Assembly (NCBI GenBank): GCA_017411305.1
Contig: JAFQQI010000079.1
Span: 17,463 to 81,462, forward strand
DNA from: Lachnospiraceae bacterium
GTDB lineage: Bacteria; Bacillota; Clostridia; Lachnospirales; Lachnospiraceae
Direction: 5' to 3'
Length of the DNA stretch: 64,000 nucleotides
A program made the position numbers and the translations under genes. Of the stretch, positions 43,065 to 51,706 are shown in pieces (the stretch's first letter is position 1; each line of letters starts with the position of its first letter). A model generated the notes under the pieces. That model saw nothing but the letters and a program-made list of their open reading frames with translations, did no database searches and was not told where the DNA came from.

Positions 43065-43303
43065 TTAAACTCCCCCATCGCATCGACATACCCTTGCAAG
43101 CCACCATCTCTAGATGCCAATTTGGCATACAGCCCCGGTTTTTCTCTGGCAAGCCTTGTAAGATAAGCAATATCAGAAGGCTCATTCAGATGGATGGAAG
43201 CATTGCATTTTTGGCAGTTAAAAGAGATATGGATTTCATTGTTGAGGCTGACCTCAACACAGTCGGTTTCAGAGTTATACATTGCAAAAATTATTTTAGT
43301 CAT
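43061..43303 (-). CDS. DUF6061-like small protein
   Basis: ATG 43303 with AAAGGAG RBS. YN..TDCVEV and P.LYA.L pattern recalled from DUF6061; not searched. Confidence 0.55.
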   Translation of the reverse strand: MTKIIFAMYNSETDCVEVSLNNEIHISFNCQKCNASIHLNEPSDIAYLTRLAREKPGLYAKLASRDGGLQGYVDAMGEFN

Positions 43304-43470
43304 AAGTGGCTCCTTTCGATTAACGCTATATGCGGATTGTATGTACAGAGAAGTCGTGGGACGCCCTGAGTAGTCTACCGTGTAAAACAAGTATGCAACA
43401 AATGATGTAAGGAATCCCTTGTTTTCTGGCTTTTCAAGCTATCCAAGCGTTAACAAAGAGATAACTGTGT

Positions 43471-43501
43471 ACTCCCAAGTTTATTTGTGGAGTTCTTTTT
43501 A
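43471..43501 (+). terminator. probable ancestral rpsI terminator after attR
   Basis: ACTCC-CAAG/TTTG-GGAGT-TCTTTTT directly after the duplicated rpsI tail. Confidence 0.6.
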
Positions 43502-43634
43502 TATGCTGTAATTCATTGGAAGACAAGAAATGATGAGCAAGACACGAAGTGTCTGCGAATTCTTTCTTGGAAGGGCGGCTTACCCTCTATCAACGGAGGG
43601 GCTACCCTCCGGACGAAAGAAAGGGGGGATGCCA

Positions 43635-43730
43635 ATGTATGTTACATATTCGGAGTTAATCCAGATAGGTATTTTCTTGGTGACTCTTGTTAGTCTGTGT
43701 TATCAGATGTTCAAGGGAAAACGTAAATAG
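43635..43730 (+). CDS. putative holin-like type I toxin peptide (31 aa)
   Basis: MYVTYSELIQIGIFLVTLVSLCYQMFKGKRK: one TM helix with a basic tail; strong G-rich RBS. Confidence 0.8.
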   Translation: MYVTYSELIQIGIFLVTLVSLCYQMFKGKRK

Positions 43731-43814
43731 CCGCCATTACTGCAATAATGACGGCTGTCTAAAAACAGTTTGTTAATATTGGAGGAAGCCGCTTCTCTAG
43801 CTTTCCCTTTTTCT
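43718..43814 (-). ncRNA. putative antisense antitoxin RNA
   Basis: Minus-strand TTGACA-17-TACTCT (43849-43821); terminator hairpin 43728-43757 overlapping the toxin stop. Confidence 0.6.
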
Positions 43815-43963
43815 ATCCTAAGAGTAATCGATATAAAATAATTTGTCAATGATTAAATCAGAAGATAACACATATTCCAAGATTAGATAGTAATCCATTG
43901 AGCATCTCATTTCATAATGATATAATATTTCATATATCATTCCCCAAGAAAGGAACCTTCCCA

Positions 43964-44413
43964 ATGCCGGAAATAAAGTTTTACGATACAGTAGAAGATT
44001 CTCTTTTGAAATTCGCAGTCATCATCTCCAAAAGTAAAGGAAAGTGGGTATTATGTAAGCATAAAGAGCGTGACACCTATGAAGTGCCCGGCGGACACAG
44101 GGAAGCAGGTGAACCAATCCTTGAAACCGCCAAACGTGAGCTGCAGGAAGAGACAGGAGCAGTCAGCTTTACACTTACTCCCATATGCGTATATTCCGTT
44201 ATCGGAAAAACCAATTTGAACAAAAGCGGCGAGGAATCCTTTGGACTATTATGCTTTGCAGAGATAACAGAATTTTCCAACAAACTGGACTATGAAATAG
44301 AGCAGGTGCTTTTGACGGACGAGCTGCCCGGGAACTGGACCTATCCGTTGATACAGCCCAAATTAATTAAAAAATATCTTGAGTGGGAGCAATCCAAAAA
44401 AGAAAAAGGTTAA
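43964..44413 (+). CDS. NUDIX hydrolase
   Basis: PGGHREAGE...AKRELQEETG Nudix box; promoter TTGAGC-17-TATAAT at 43898-43926. Confidence 0.92.
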   Translation: MPEIKFYDTVEDSLLKFAVIISKSKGKWVLCKHKERDTYEVPGGHREAGEPILETAKRELQEETGAVSFTLTPICVYSVIGKTNLNKSGEESFGLLCFAEITEFSNKLDYEIEQVLLTDELPGNWTYPLIQPKLIKKYLEWEQSKKEKG

Positions 44414-44416
44414 TTT

Positions 44417-45358
44417 ATGATACTGAGTGTAAGCCGCAGAACCGACATTCCCAGTTATTACTCGGATTGGTTTTTCAACAGAATAAAAGAAGGATTTGTA
44501 TATGTAAGAAACCCGATAAATTCCCATCAAGTCAGTAAAATTGTACTTACACCGGAAGTAGTGGATTGCATTGTTTTCTGGACCAAAAATCCAAAGCTCA
44601 TGCTTAAAAGGCTGGATGAACTGAAAGAATACAACTATTATTTCCAGTTTACACTAACCGGATACGGAAGGGACATAGAGAGCAATATCCCCCACAAGAA
44701 AGATAAAATGATTCCTGTCTTTCAGGAATTATCAGAGCGGATAGGAGCAGAAAAGGTAATTTGGAGATATGACCCGATTCTTTTTTCGAACAAGTATACA
44801 CCGGAGTATCATTTGAAAGCATTTGAGCAGATTGCCACGGCTCTTAAGGGATATACAGAAAAGTGCGTGATAAGCTTTGTGGATGAGTATACAAAGACTA
44901 AGAGAAATATGGAGGCCATTGGTGTCTTTGAGCTAAAGCCGCCACAGCTTCAGACATTTGAAAAGAAAATAGCTGAAATTGCTAAGAGTAATGGAATGAA
45001 AATTGCAAGCTGTGCAGAGAGTATTGATTTAGAAGCCTGCGGAATAACACGCAATAGCTGTATTGATAAGGAACTGATAGAAAGAATAATCGGTTGCAGA
45101 CTGAATGTTAATAAAGATAAAAACCAACGTCCTACATGCGGATGCGTGGAGAGCGTAGATATCGGAACTTATAATACCTGCAAAAACGGATGCAAGTATT
45201 GTTATGCAAATTACAGTGCAGAAAGTGTTCTAAAGAACTGTAGCAAATATGACCCACAGTCACCGATATTGTGCGGTGTACTTGACAAAAACGATAAGAT
45301 AATAGAGAGAAAAGTTATATCACAGAAAGAGCACCAATTGCAGTTTGAGCTATATTAG
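44417..45358 (+). CDS. DUF1848 family protein
   Basis: SVSRRTDIP, FWTKNP, WRYDP, DIGTYNTC..GC.YCYA. Confidence 0.9.
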   Translation: MILSVSRRTDIPSYYSDWFFNRIKEGFVYVRNPINSHQVSKIVLTPEVVDCIVFWTKNPKLMLKRLDELKEYNYYFQFTLTGYGRDIESNIPHKKDKMIPVFQELSERIGAEKVIWRYDPILFSNKYTPEYHLKAFEQIATALKGYTEKCVISFVDEYTKTKRNMEAIGVFELKPPQLQTFEKKIAEIAKSNGMKIASCAESIDLEACGITRNSCIDKELIERIIGCRLNVNKDKNQRPTCGCVESVDIGTYNTCKNGCKYCYANYSAESVLKNCSKYDPQSPILCGVLDKNDKIIERKVISQKEHQLQFELY

Positions 45359-45397
45359 CAAAGTAATATGACGTGATTTGCACGAAAGGAGCGTAAT

Positions 45398-46237
45398 GTG
45401 AAAACAATTAAAGTCGGAATGATTCAAATGGAAGTTTTGTTCTGTCAGCCGAAGCAGAATCTTGCAAAGGCGGCAAAATTAGTAAAAAAGGCAGTAGATG
45501 CCGGAGCACAGATATGTGTGATTCCCGAATGTATGGATTTGGGATGGGGTACCCCCAGAGCTGCTGAACTGGCAGAGCCCATTCCGGGAAAAAACAGTGA
45601 TGAGCTTTGCAAAATTGCAAAGGATAATCAGGTATACATAGTATCGGGGATTACAGAAAAGACGGATGACAGAATTTATAATTCAGCGTTGCTGATTTCT
45701 GATGAAGGGAAAATTCTGGGAAAGCACCGGAAGATTAATGTGTTAACAGGGGTAGAGGATGTTTATGCAATCGGAGACAGACTTTCGGTGATTGAAACAA
45801 AATTTGGGAAAATCGGAATTGATATTTGCGCAGATAATGCAGTGCAGAGCTTGAGTATAGGTCATACTTTGGCCAGAATGGGAGCAGAAATGATTTTATC
45901 TCCCTGCGCATGGGCAGTATTGCCGGACAGAGATCCGGTAAAGGAACCTTATGGTAATGAATGGCATGTACCTTATTCTCATTTATCGTCAATTTATCAT
46001 ATACCGGTTATCGGTGTCAGCAATGTGGGCCAGGTAACGGAAGGTGCATGGAAGGGCTGGAAGGCAATCGGCAATTCCATTGCATACGGAAGGGCCGGTA
46101 ATCTTTTGAAAGTACTTCCTTACGGAGAAGAAGCAGAATGCGTAGAAGTAATTACCGTTGAAACAGAAAAAGAAGAAATGTGTGGTACGAAGCTTTCAGA
46201 ATATGTTTATGAAAGAATCGGATACAAAGTGGATTAA
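45398..46237 (+). CDS. carbon-nitrogen hydrolase (nitrilase family)
   Basis: PE, HRK and ICAD catalytic triad motifs. Confidence 0.9.
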   Translation: MKTIKVGMIQMEVLFCQPKQNLAKAAKLVKKAVDAGAQICVIPECMDLGWGTPRAAELAEPIPGKNSDELCKIAKDNQVYIVSGITEKTDDRIYNSALLISDEGKILGKHRKINVLTGVEDVYAIGDRLSVIETKFGKIGIDICADNAVQSLSIGHTLARMGAEMILSPCAWAVLPDRDPVKEPYGNEWHVPYSHLSSIYHIPVIGVSNVGQVTEGAWKGWKAIGNSIAYGRAGNLLKVLPYGEEAECVEVITVETEKEEMCGTKLSEYVYERIGYKVD

Positions 46238-46263
46238 TATTAAAACGACAAAGGTGATTTTAT

Positions 46264-46713
46264 ATGATTCGGGAAGCAAGCAGAAATGATTTACAACAGA
46301 TGTTAGAACTTTATTTATATCTTCACGAGGATAGCATCCCCGAGGATTCACCGCGACTGCAAGATACATGGAATAGCATTATCAATGATGAAAATCATCA
46401 TCTCATTGTATGCGAAATAGAAGGACGCATTGTTGCATCCTGTGTTTGTGTGGTGATTCCGAACTTGACCAGAGGAGTCAAACCTTATGCTTTCATTGAA
46501 AATGTGGTGACTCATGAAGCATACAGAGGAAAAGGTTATGCTACAGCCTGCTTAAACTATGCAAAAGAAATTGCAGAGAAAAATAATTGCTATAAGATGA
46601 TGCTGCTTACGGGTTCTAAGGAAGAAGCAACCCTCAATTTTTACCGGAATGCGGGATATAACAGTGCAGATAAGACGGCCTTCATCCAATGGATAAGCAC
46701 CGGAAACAGATAA
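46264..46713 (+). CDS. GNAT N-acetyltransferase
   Basis: ENVVTHEAYRGKGYA, FY...GY. Confidence 0.9.
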   Translation: MIREASRNDLQQMLELYLYLHEDSIPEDSPRLQDTWNSIINDENHHLIVCEIEGRIVASCVCVVIPNLTRGVKPYAFIENVVTHEAYRGKGYATACLNYAKEIAEKNNCYKMMLLTGSKEEATLNFYRNAGYNSADKTAFIQWISTGNR

Positions 46714-46743
46714 AAAGCAGAAAAATACAAAAAATTTGAAATG

Positions 46744-46791
46744 TAACGCAGCGTCAGGTATTGCTTGTGACGCTACGTTATGTACTATGAT
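46744..46791 (+). promoter_or_regulatory. MerR-type promoter with two operators
   Basis: TTGCTT-19-TATGAT; TGACGCTACGTTA in the spacer and an inverted copy TAACGCAGCGTCA upstream. Confidence 0.8.
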
Positions 46792-46816
46792 GAGCCTCGA
46801 AAGGTGGTGAAAAGCT

Positions 46817-47548
46817 ATGTCAAATTACACAACAGGAGAAATTGCAAAGCTGGCAGGTGTAACGGTTCGTACCGTACAGTATTATGATTCCAGAGGGATT
46901 CTGATGCCCAGTGATTTCAGTGAGGGCGGAAGAAGACTTTATACGCAGGAGGATTTAAAGAAATTAAAGGTAATCTGTTTTTTGAGGGATTTAGGAATTC
47001 CCATTAACAGTATTTCTGAAATCTTAACTTCCGAAAATGCTGAGAAAGTAATCAGCCTTTTGCTGGAACAACAGCTTTTGGTATTGCAGGAAGAAATCGC
47101 GGAACGTGAAAAACAGCGTGATACCATATTAGGAATGCAAAAAGAACTAAAAGGAATGCAAACCTTCTCCTTAGAAAATTTAAATGATATAGCGTATCAA
47201 ATGAAGAATAAGAAAGAACTGAATAAGGTTCGCAGAAACGTGCTCATCGTAGGACTTTTTATGGATGTGATTGAGGTAGGTACATTCATTCTGGGAATTA
47301 CCAAGGGAATCTGGGTTCCCTTTCTTCTCGGAATGATAATTGTGATAGCGCTGGCAATATGGATTTCCAAATACTATTTTGAGAATGTGGCATATATCTG
47401 CCCGGAATGTCATGAAGTTTTTAAGCCTTCTTTTAAACAGGCATTTTGGGCAAAGCATACACCGAAAACAAGGAAACTGACCTGCACCAAATGCGGCTAT
47501 CACGGATTTTGCGTGGAAACCTATAAGGAAGAGAAGGAGGAAGCGTAA
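46817..47548 (+). CDS. MerR-family regulator with two TM helices and C-terminal Zn ribbon
   Basis: IAKLAGVTVRTVQYYD, GRRLY; CPEC...CTKC. Confidence 0.9.
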   Translation: MSNYTTGEIAKLAGVTVRTVQYYDSRGILMPSDFSEGGRRLYTQEDLKKLKVICFLRDLGIPINSISEILTSENAEKVISLLLEQQLLVLQEEIAEREKQRDTILGMQKELKGMQTFSLENLNDIAYQMKNKKELNKVRRNVLIVGLFMDVIEVGTFILGITKGIWVPFLLGMIIVIALAIWISKYYFENVAYICPECHEVFKPSFKQAFWAKHTPKTRKLTCTKCGYHGFCVETYKEEKEEA

Positions 47549-47549
47549 A

Positions 47550-48437
47550 ATGAAGATGGACAAAAAGAAATTGAAGATTTATTTGATTTGGACTTTTGCG
47601 ATTGCCTGGGTATTGCAGGTCATCGGCAGCATTTTTTCCTTGCAGGGAAACAGCCTGATGTTTACATTAGTTTTGTCGGTAAGTATGTATGCCCCCTTTT
47701 TCGGTACATTACTTGCAAGAGTTCCGCTGCAGGGGATGGGATTGAAACCCAAATTGAAAGGAAACCTGAAATACTTTGCAGCAGCATGGCTTTTGCCGGC
47801 AGTATTTACTGCCTTGGGAGCTGTTCTTTATTTTATAATATTCCCGGACAGATTGGATTTGACGGGAATGTATATTAGAGAAGCAGGCGGAGAAGGGGTT
47901 ATTCAGCAATTAGAGGCCGAGGGACTTACGCTTTCTGTGTACATGGCAATTTCAGTAATTTCTGCTCCTATGTATGCACCTTGGATTAATATGTTTTTTG
48001 CACTGGGGGAAGAGGTTGGATGGCGTGGTGCTATGGACCCTATGTTAAGAGATTACTTTGGCAAAGCAAAAGGCAGCATTATCGGCGGTATGATTTGGGG
48101 CGCATGGCATTGGCCGGTTATGATAATTGCCGGATATGAATACGGCAAGGGCTATTGGGGAGAACCCATACTGGGAATGGTGCTGTTTTGTCTATTTGCG
48201 GTTGTTGCGGGTACATTACTTGATTACTTATATGAAAAGACAGATTGTATCTGGGCTCCTGCACTTGCCCACGGAGCCATTAACGGTGTTTGCTCTGTAC
48301 CTATGCTGTTTTTGAATACCGCTTACAGCAATCAGCTGACCATAGGACCGCTTCCTATCGGTTTTATCAGTATGATTCCCATGATGATAGTGGCGGCAAT
48401 TGTTTTATGGCAGCAGAAGAAGCAAGAAGAAAAATGA
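47550..48437 (+). CDS. CPBP (CAAX/Abi) intramembrane metalloprotease
   Basis: GEEVGWRG, WGAWHWP, AHGAIN. Confidence 0.9.
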   Translation: MKMDKKKLKIYLIWTFAIAWVLQVIGSIFSLQGNSLMFTLVLSVSMYAPFFGTLLARVPLQGMGLKPKLKGNLKYFAAAWLLPAVFTALGAVLYFIIFPDRLDLTGMYIREAGGEGVIQQLEAEGLTLSVYMAISVISAPMYAPWINMFFALGEEVGWRGAMDPMLRDYFGKAKGSIIGGMIWGAWHWPVMIIAGYEYGKGYWGEPILGMVLFCLFAVVAGTLLDYLYEKTDCIWAPALAHGAINGVCSVPMLFLNTAYSNQLTIGPLPIGFISMIPMMIVAAIVLWQQKKQEEK

Positions 48438-48484
48438 GTAAAAGAGAAGCCTGCGTAAAATAAATTTAGTTGATAGGAGTTTTT

Positions 48485-49423
48485 ATGGAAAACCTGATTA
48501 TTTCATTTAATGTAGTATTACCGCTGTTTTTATGTATTGCGCTTGGCTATTATCTGCGCAGGATAAATTTTGTAGACGGAGATAGCTTGAACAAATTGAA
48601 TAAGCTGTGCTTTCGGGTTTTCCTTCCTATTTATCTATTTCATAGTGTTTATACCACAGACCTTTCGGCAGCATTTAACGGAAAACTGATTTTTCTTTGT
48701 ATATTGGGTGTGTTGGGACTGTTTCTGGGATTGATGCTTCTGATACCGAGATTGGAAAAGGATAATGCAAAGCGCGGTGCGATGGTGCAGGGAATGTTTC
48801 GAAGTAACTTTGTACTGTTTGGACTTCCGGTTGCAACTTCCCTTTGCGGTGAGGCAAATATTGGTCCTACATCGCTCCTAATCGGAATCATTGTTCCTAT
48901 TTTTAATGTATTGGCAGTAGTGACATTGGAGACCTTCCGGGGCGGAAAGCCTAATGCAGGAAAAATTGCTAAGGGGATTGCAACCAATCCTTTGATCATA
49001 TCTTCCTTACTTGGTATTTTGTGTTATTTCTTACATATTAAGTTACCTTACGGCGTAGAAAAGACAGTGATTGATTTGGGCAGGGTAGCAACCCCTTTAT
49101 CCTTGGTGGCCCTGGGTGGTTCTTTTACGGTTGCGAAGGTGCGCGGATATGCAAAACAGCTTTTGATTGCGGTAGGCGGTAAGCTGATATTTAATCCGTT
49201 TATTATGGTTACGCTGGGGATTCTGGCAGGATTTCGGGATGAAATGCTGGTGCCGATTTTGATTATGTTCGGAGCACCCACAGCGGTAGCTTCTTTCCCT
49301 ATGGCTCAGCAGATGGACAGTGACGGCGAACTGGCCGCAGAAATTGTGGTATTTACCTCCGGCTTTGCTATTTTAACAATCTTTTTGTGGATTTTTGTGT
49401 TGAAGCAATTAAATTTTATTTAA
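48485..49423 (+). CDS. AEC family transporter
   Basis: FRSNFVLFGLP, NPLII, PTAV; about 10 TM helices; start trimmed to 48485. Confidence 0.88.
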   Translation: MENLIISFNVVLPLFLCIALGYYLRRINFVDGDSLNKLNKLCFRVFLPIYLFHSVYTTDLSAAFNGKLIFLCILGVLGLFLGLMLLIPRLEKDNAKRGAMVQGMFRSNFVLFGLPVATSLCGEANIGPTSLLIGIIVPIFNVLAVVTLETFRGGKPNAGKIAKGIATNPLIISSLLGILCYFLHIKLPYGVEKTVIDLGRVATPLSLVALGGSFTVAKVRGYAKQLLIAVGGKLIFNPFIMVTLGILAGFRDEMLVPILIMFGAPTAVASFPMAQQMDSDGELAAEIVVFTSGFAILTIFLWIFVLKQLNFI

Positions 49424-49456
49424 TTGCTTCAACACTTTTACATTCTTTTGCGTCTT
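49397..49456 (+). promoter_or_regulatory. terminator hairpin overlapping a putative ECF-sigma promoter
   Basis: Perfect 18-bp inverted repeat at 49397-49435 plus TTTT; CAAC-17-CGTC. Confidence 0.6.
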
Positions 49457-49488
49457 ATAAGTGAAGGCAAAAGAAAGGGAGCACCTGC

Positions 49489-49959
49489 ATGATAGAAACA
49501 TTGTATGAAGCTTATTACAAAGAACTGACCGGCTGGTGCCGGGCAATGACCAAAAGTCTTAGTTTTTCCGAAGAGCTTGTTCAGGAAGCTTTTATGCGCG
49601 CATTACTGAATCGGGAACTTTTGGAGGGGCTTAAGGAGGAGCAATGCCGGGCTTGGCTTTACCGGACAGTAAAAAATCTATATGTGGATTATACCAGAAG
49701 GAATCGGCGCGAAAGTGTGGTAGAGACTATTCCGGAGCAGGGAACAGAAGCGCAGGAAATCACGGAATTGGAGTGGCAGGAACTACTCGCTTCTCTGCCG
49801 GATGAAGAAGGACTTCTGTTCACTATGAGATATTTGCAAGGTTATAACTCCAAGCAGCTGGGTGAGTTTTTTGATATGCCGCCGGGGACGGTACGTTCCA
49901 AGCTTTCTTCTGCCAGAAAACATTTAAGAGATGCCATAGGAGGGAACAAATATGTTTGA
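49489..49959 (+). CDS. ECF RNA polymerase sigma factor
   Basis: Region 2 (EELVQEAF, AWLYRTVKNLYVD) and region 4 (GTVRSKLSSAR). Confidence 0.92.
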   Translation: MIETLYEAYYKELTGWCRAMTKSLSFSEELVQEAFMRALLNRELLEGLKEEQCRAWLYRTVKNLYVDYTRRNRRESVVETIPEQGTEAQEITELEWQELLASLPDEEGLLFTMRYLQGYNSKQLGEFFDMPPGTVRSKLSSARKHLRDAIGGNKYV

Positions 49960-51187
49960 TAAAAAAAGATTGTTAATTAATTGTGATGTATGTGATGCCA
50001 GAACCATGAAAGAAGAGGATTACAGCGGCTACGAGGAAATTCTCATAAATGCAGATGTGCTTTTGGTAAGCGAAAGAAGCAAAAGTATTTTAAACCGTTT
50101 GCCGATTACAAGTAATGTGGATGATACCCTTGAAGTAGCAGATGACTTTAATTTGAATTTGCAGTCTTTTAACGGATATTATGAGATTACAAAGGCAGCA
50201 GGTGTAGCAGAGCATACCGTGCTTTGTGTAAACGGGCATCTGATGATTCAGCCGGGTACGGAAGAAGTTCTGAAAAATTATGAAAAGATTTATGTGAACG
50301 GATGTGCTAAGTACCCGAAGAGTCTGGAAAATTCTTTGCCGGATATTTCCGTAAACGGACACATGTCAAGCTATCCGGATGATTGTATTATGTTAGAGTC
50401 CAGACTGGTTTTAGATAAGTATTTCCCTATGCGTGCCAAGGAAAACGGCCGTTACTATATAGAAGACGAAGTGATATTGGCAGACGGGTCGGTTGATCTT
50501 GCCATGCTGGCAGAGAAGAAGGTGCAGTTTGTAACGAAGCGTTTTATAGTTCCTGAGAGTAAAGTCGGTGAAAGCATTGCCCTGTTTGATGAAACCGTGA
50601 AGCTGGTGGTTATTCCCGAGGGCATGAAGGCAATATGCGAAAACGTATTTCTGGATAATGCACTTTTAGAAAAATGCGGAGACAGAGTTTATGTATACGG
50701 GGATTTGACGGTAACAGAGGACGGTATGCAGGCAATGCAGGCTTTGAAGGAGTTGCAGGTAGAAGGCACTGTATTTATCAAAAGAAATTGTATGGAAGCA
50801 TTTGAGCAGTTGCATGCAAAATACAAGGAGTTATGTCCCCTTAGAAGAGAAATTAAGAATAAAATGAGTGCAACGGTTGATGGAAATGTGTTAAAAGCAT
50901 CGCCTGACGGTTTACTTGTCAAAAATGTAGCCAAACTGATGATTACAGATGAAGTTACGCCGCAGGCAATCGTGGAATTGCTGGAGGTGAAAAATTGTCA
51001 AAGCATTTATTGCAATCAGGAGCAGAAAAGCAGCATTGAACTTGTAAGCAATAATGTAGCAATGATTGAAACCGAAGCAAAAGATGGCGAAGAAAAAGGC
51101 TCCACAGGAATTTTCTCACAAATTGCGCAGGGCATCGGTTTTCTTAAGGATACCAAATTGATTAATGCAGAAAGCTATATTTTATAG
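49952..51187 (+). CDS. hypothetical soluble protein with VNG/V.G.L repeats
   Basis: 411 aa, overlaps the sigma stop, no TM helix. Confidence 0.8.
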   Translation: MFDKKRLLINCDVCDARTMKEEDYSGYEEILINADVLLVSERSKSILNRLPITSNVDDTLEVADDFNLNLQSFNGYYEITKAAGVAEHTVLCVNGHLMIQPGTEEVLKNYEKIYVNGCAKYPKSLENSLPDISVNGHMSSYPDDCIMLESRLVLDKYFPMRAKENGRYYIEDEVILADGSVDLAMLAEKKVQFVTKRFIVPESKVGESIALFDETVKLVVIPEGMKAICENVFLDNALLEKCGDRVYVYGDLTVTEDGMQAMQALKELQVEGTVFIKRNCMEAFEQLHAKYKELCPLRREIKNKMSATVDGNVLKASPDGLLVKNVAKLMITDEVTPQAIVELLEVKNCQSIYCNQEQKSSIELVSNNVAMIETEAKDGEEKGSTGIFSQIAQGIGFLKDTKLINAESYIL

Positions 51188-51410
51188 TAAAAAGACGAAT
51201 TGTGCAATTTGCCAGTATACTTTTTGAAATATGTTGAATATAATAAAAGTAACCAAAGATGTTTACAATTTTTCGGGTTTGTAAACGGAGGTTTTTCCGT
51301 AAGTTTGGTTCACTTACCCCGAATAGGTTTATCCGAAAAAAGAGAACTACTTTTGAATTTAAATGCTCCTGACTTTGTCGGGAGCATTTACTATACATAG
51401 AGGTATTACA

Positions 51411-51616
51411 ATGAATGAGCTACTTGAAAAATTTAATGAGTACAAGGATATATATTTCTAATACAACGGTCAGTGCAAAATTTCTTATTTCTAAAATCAA
51501 GAAAGAATCCCAAATAACAGAAAGCATAATTAAGAATAGCGTTTATTTCTCAAACATTGAGCAAAGTAGAGATATATGATAAAACCGGAAATTTATATCT
51601 TGAAGATACCATATAA
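51411..51616 (+). pseudogene. possible degraded ORF remnant
   Basis: AGAGGT RBS and ATG 51411, early stop, protein-like fragments in shifted frames; AT-rich. Confidence 0.3.
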
Positions 51617-51632
51617 CATATTTTTTTACATA

Positions 51633-51694
51633 TACCTATTGACAAGGTAGGCAAATGGGTGTATCTTAAATTAAACATACAGAAATGGTAGGTA
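51633..51694 (+). promoter_or_regulatory. cysK promoter with two putative Rrf2-type operators
   Basis: TTGACA-17-TATCTT; CCTAT-N7-GTAGG over the -35 and CATAC-N7-GTAGG before the RBS. Confidence 0.65.
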
Positions 51695-51706
51695 AAAGGA
51701 GTCGTC

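Larger units (their letters stand above)
36870..43471. mobile_element. decayed integrative island (CIME/IME remnant) at the rpsI 3' end
   Basis: Direct repeat CAAAGAGATA at 36870-36879 and 43454-43463. Relaxase pseudogene, AT-rich RM cargo and no integrase. Confidence 0.75.

Noticed and set aside
36881-43463. Active ICE, IME or prophage
   Set aside because: No integrase, replication, conjugation or phage structural genes; the relaxase is broken.
43487-43730. Longer 66-68 aa ORFs at the toxin locus
   Set aside because: The strong RBS precedes ATG 43635; the upstream part is better explained as structured 5' UTR.
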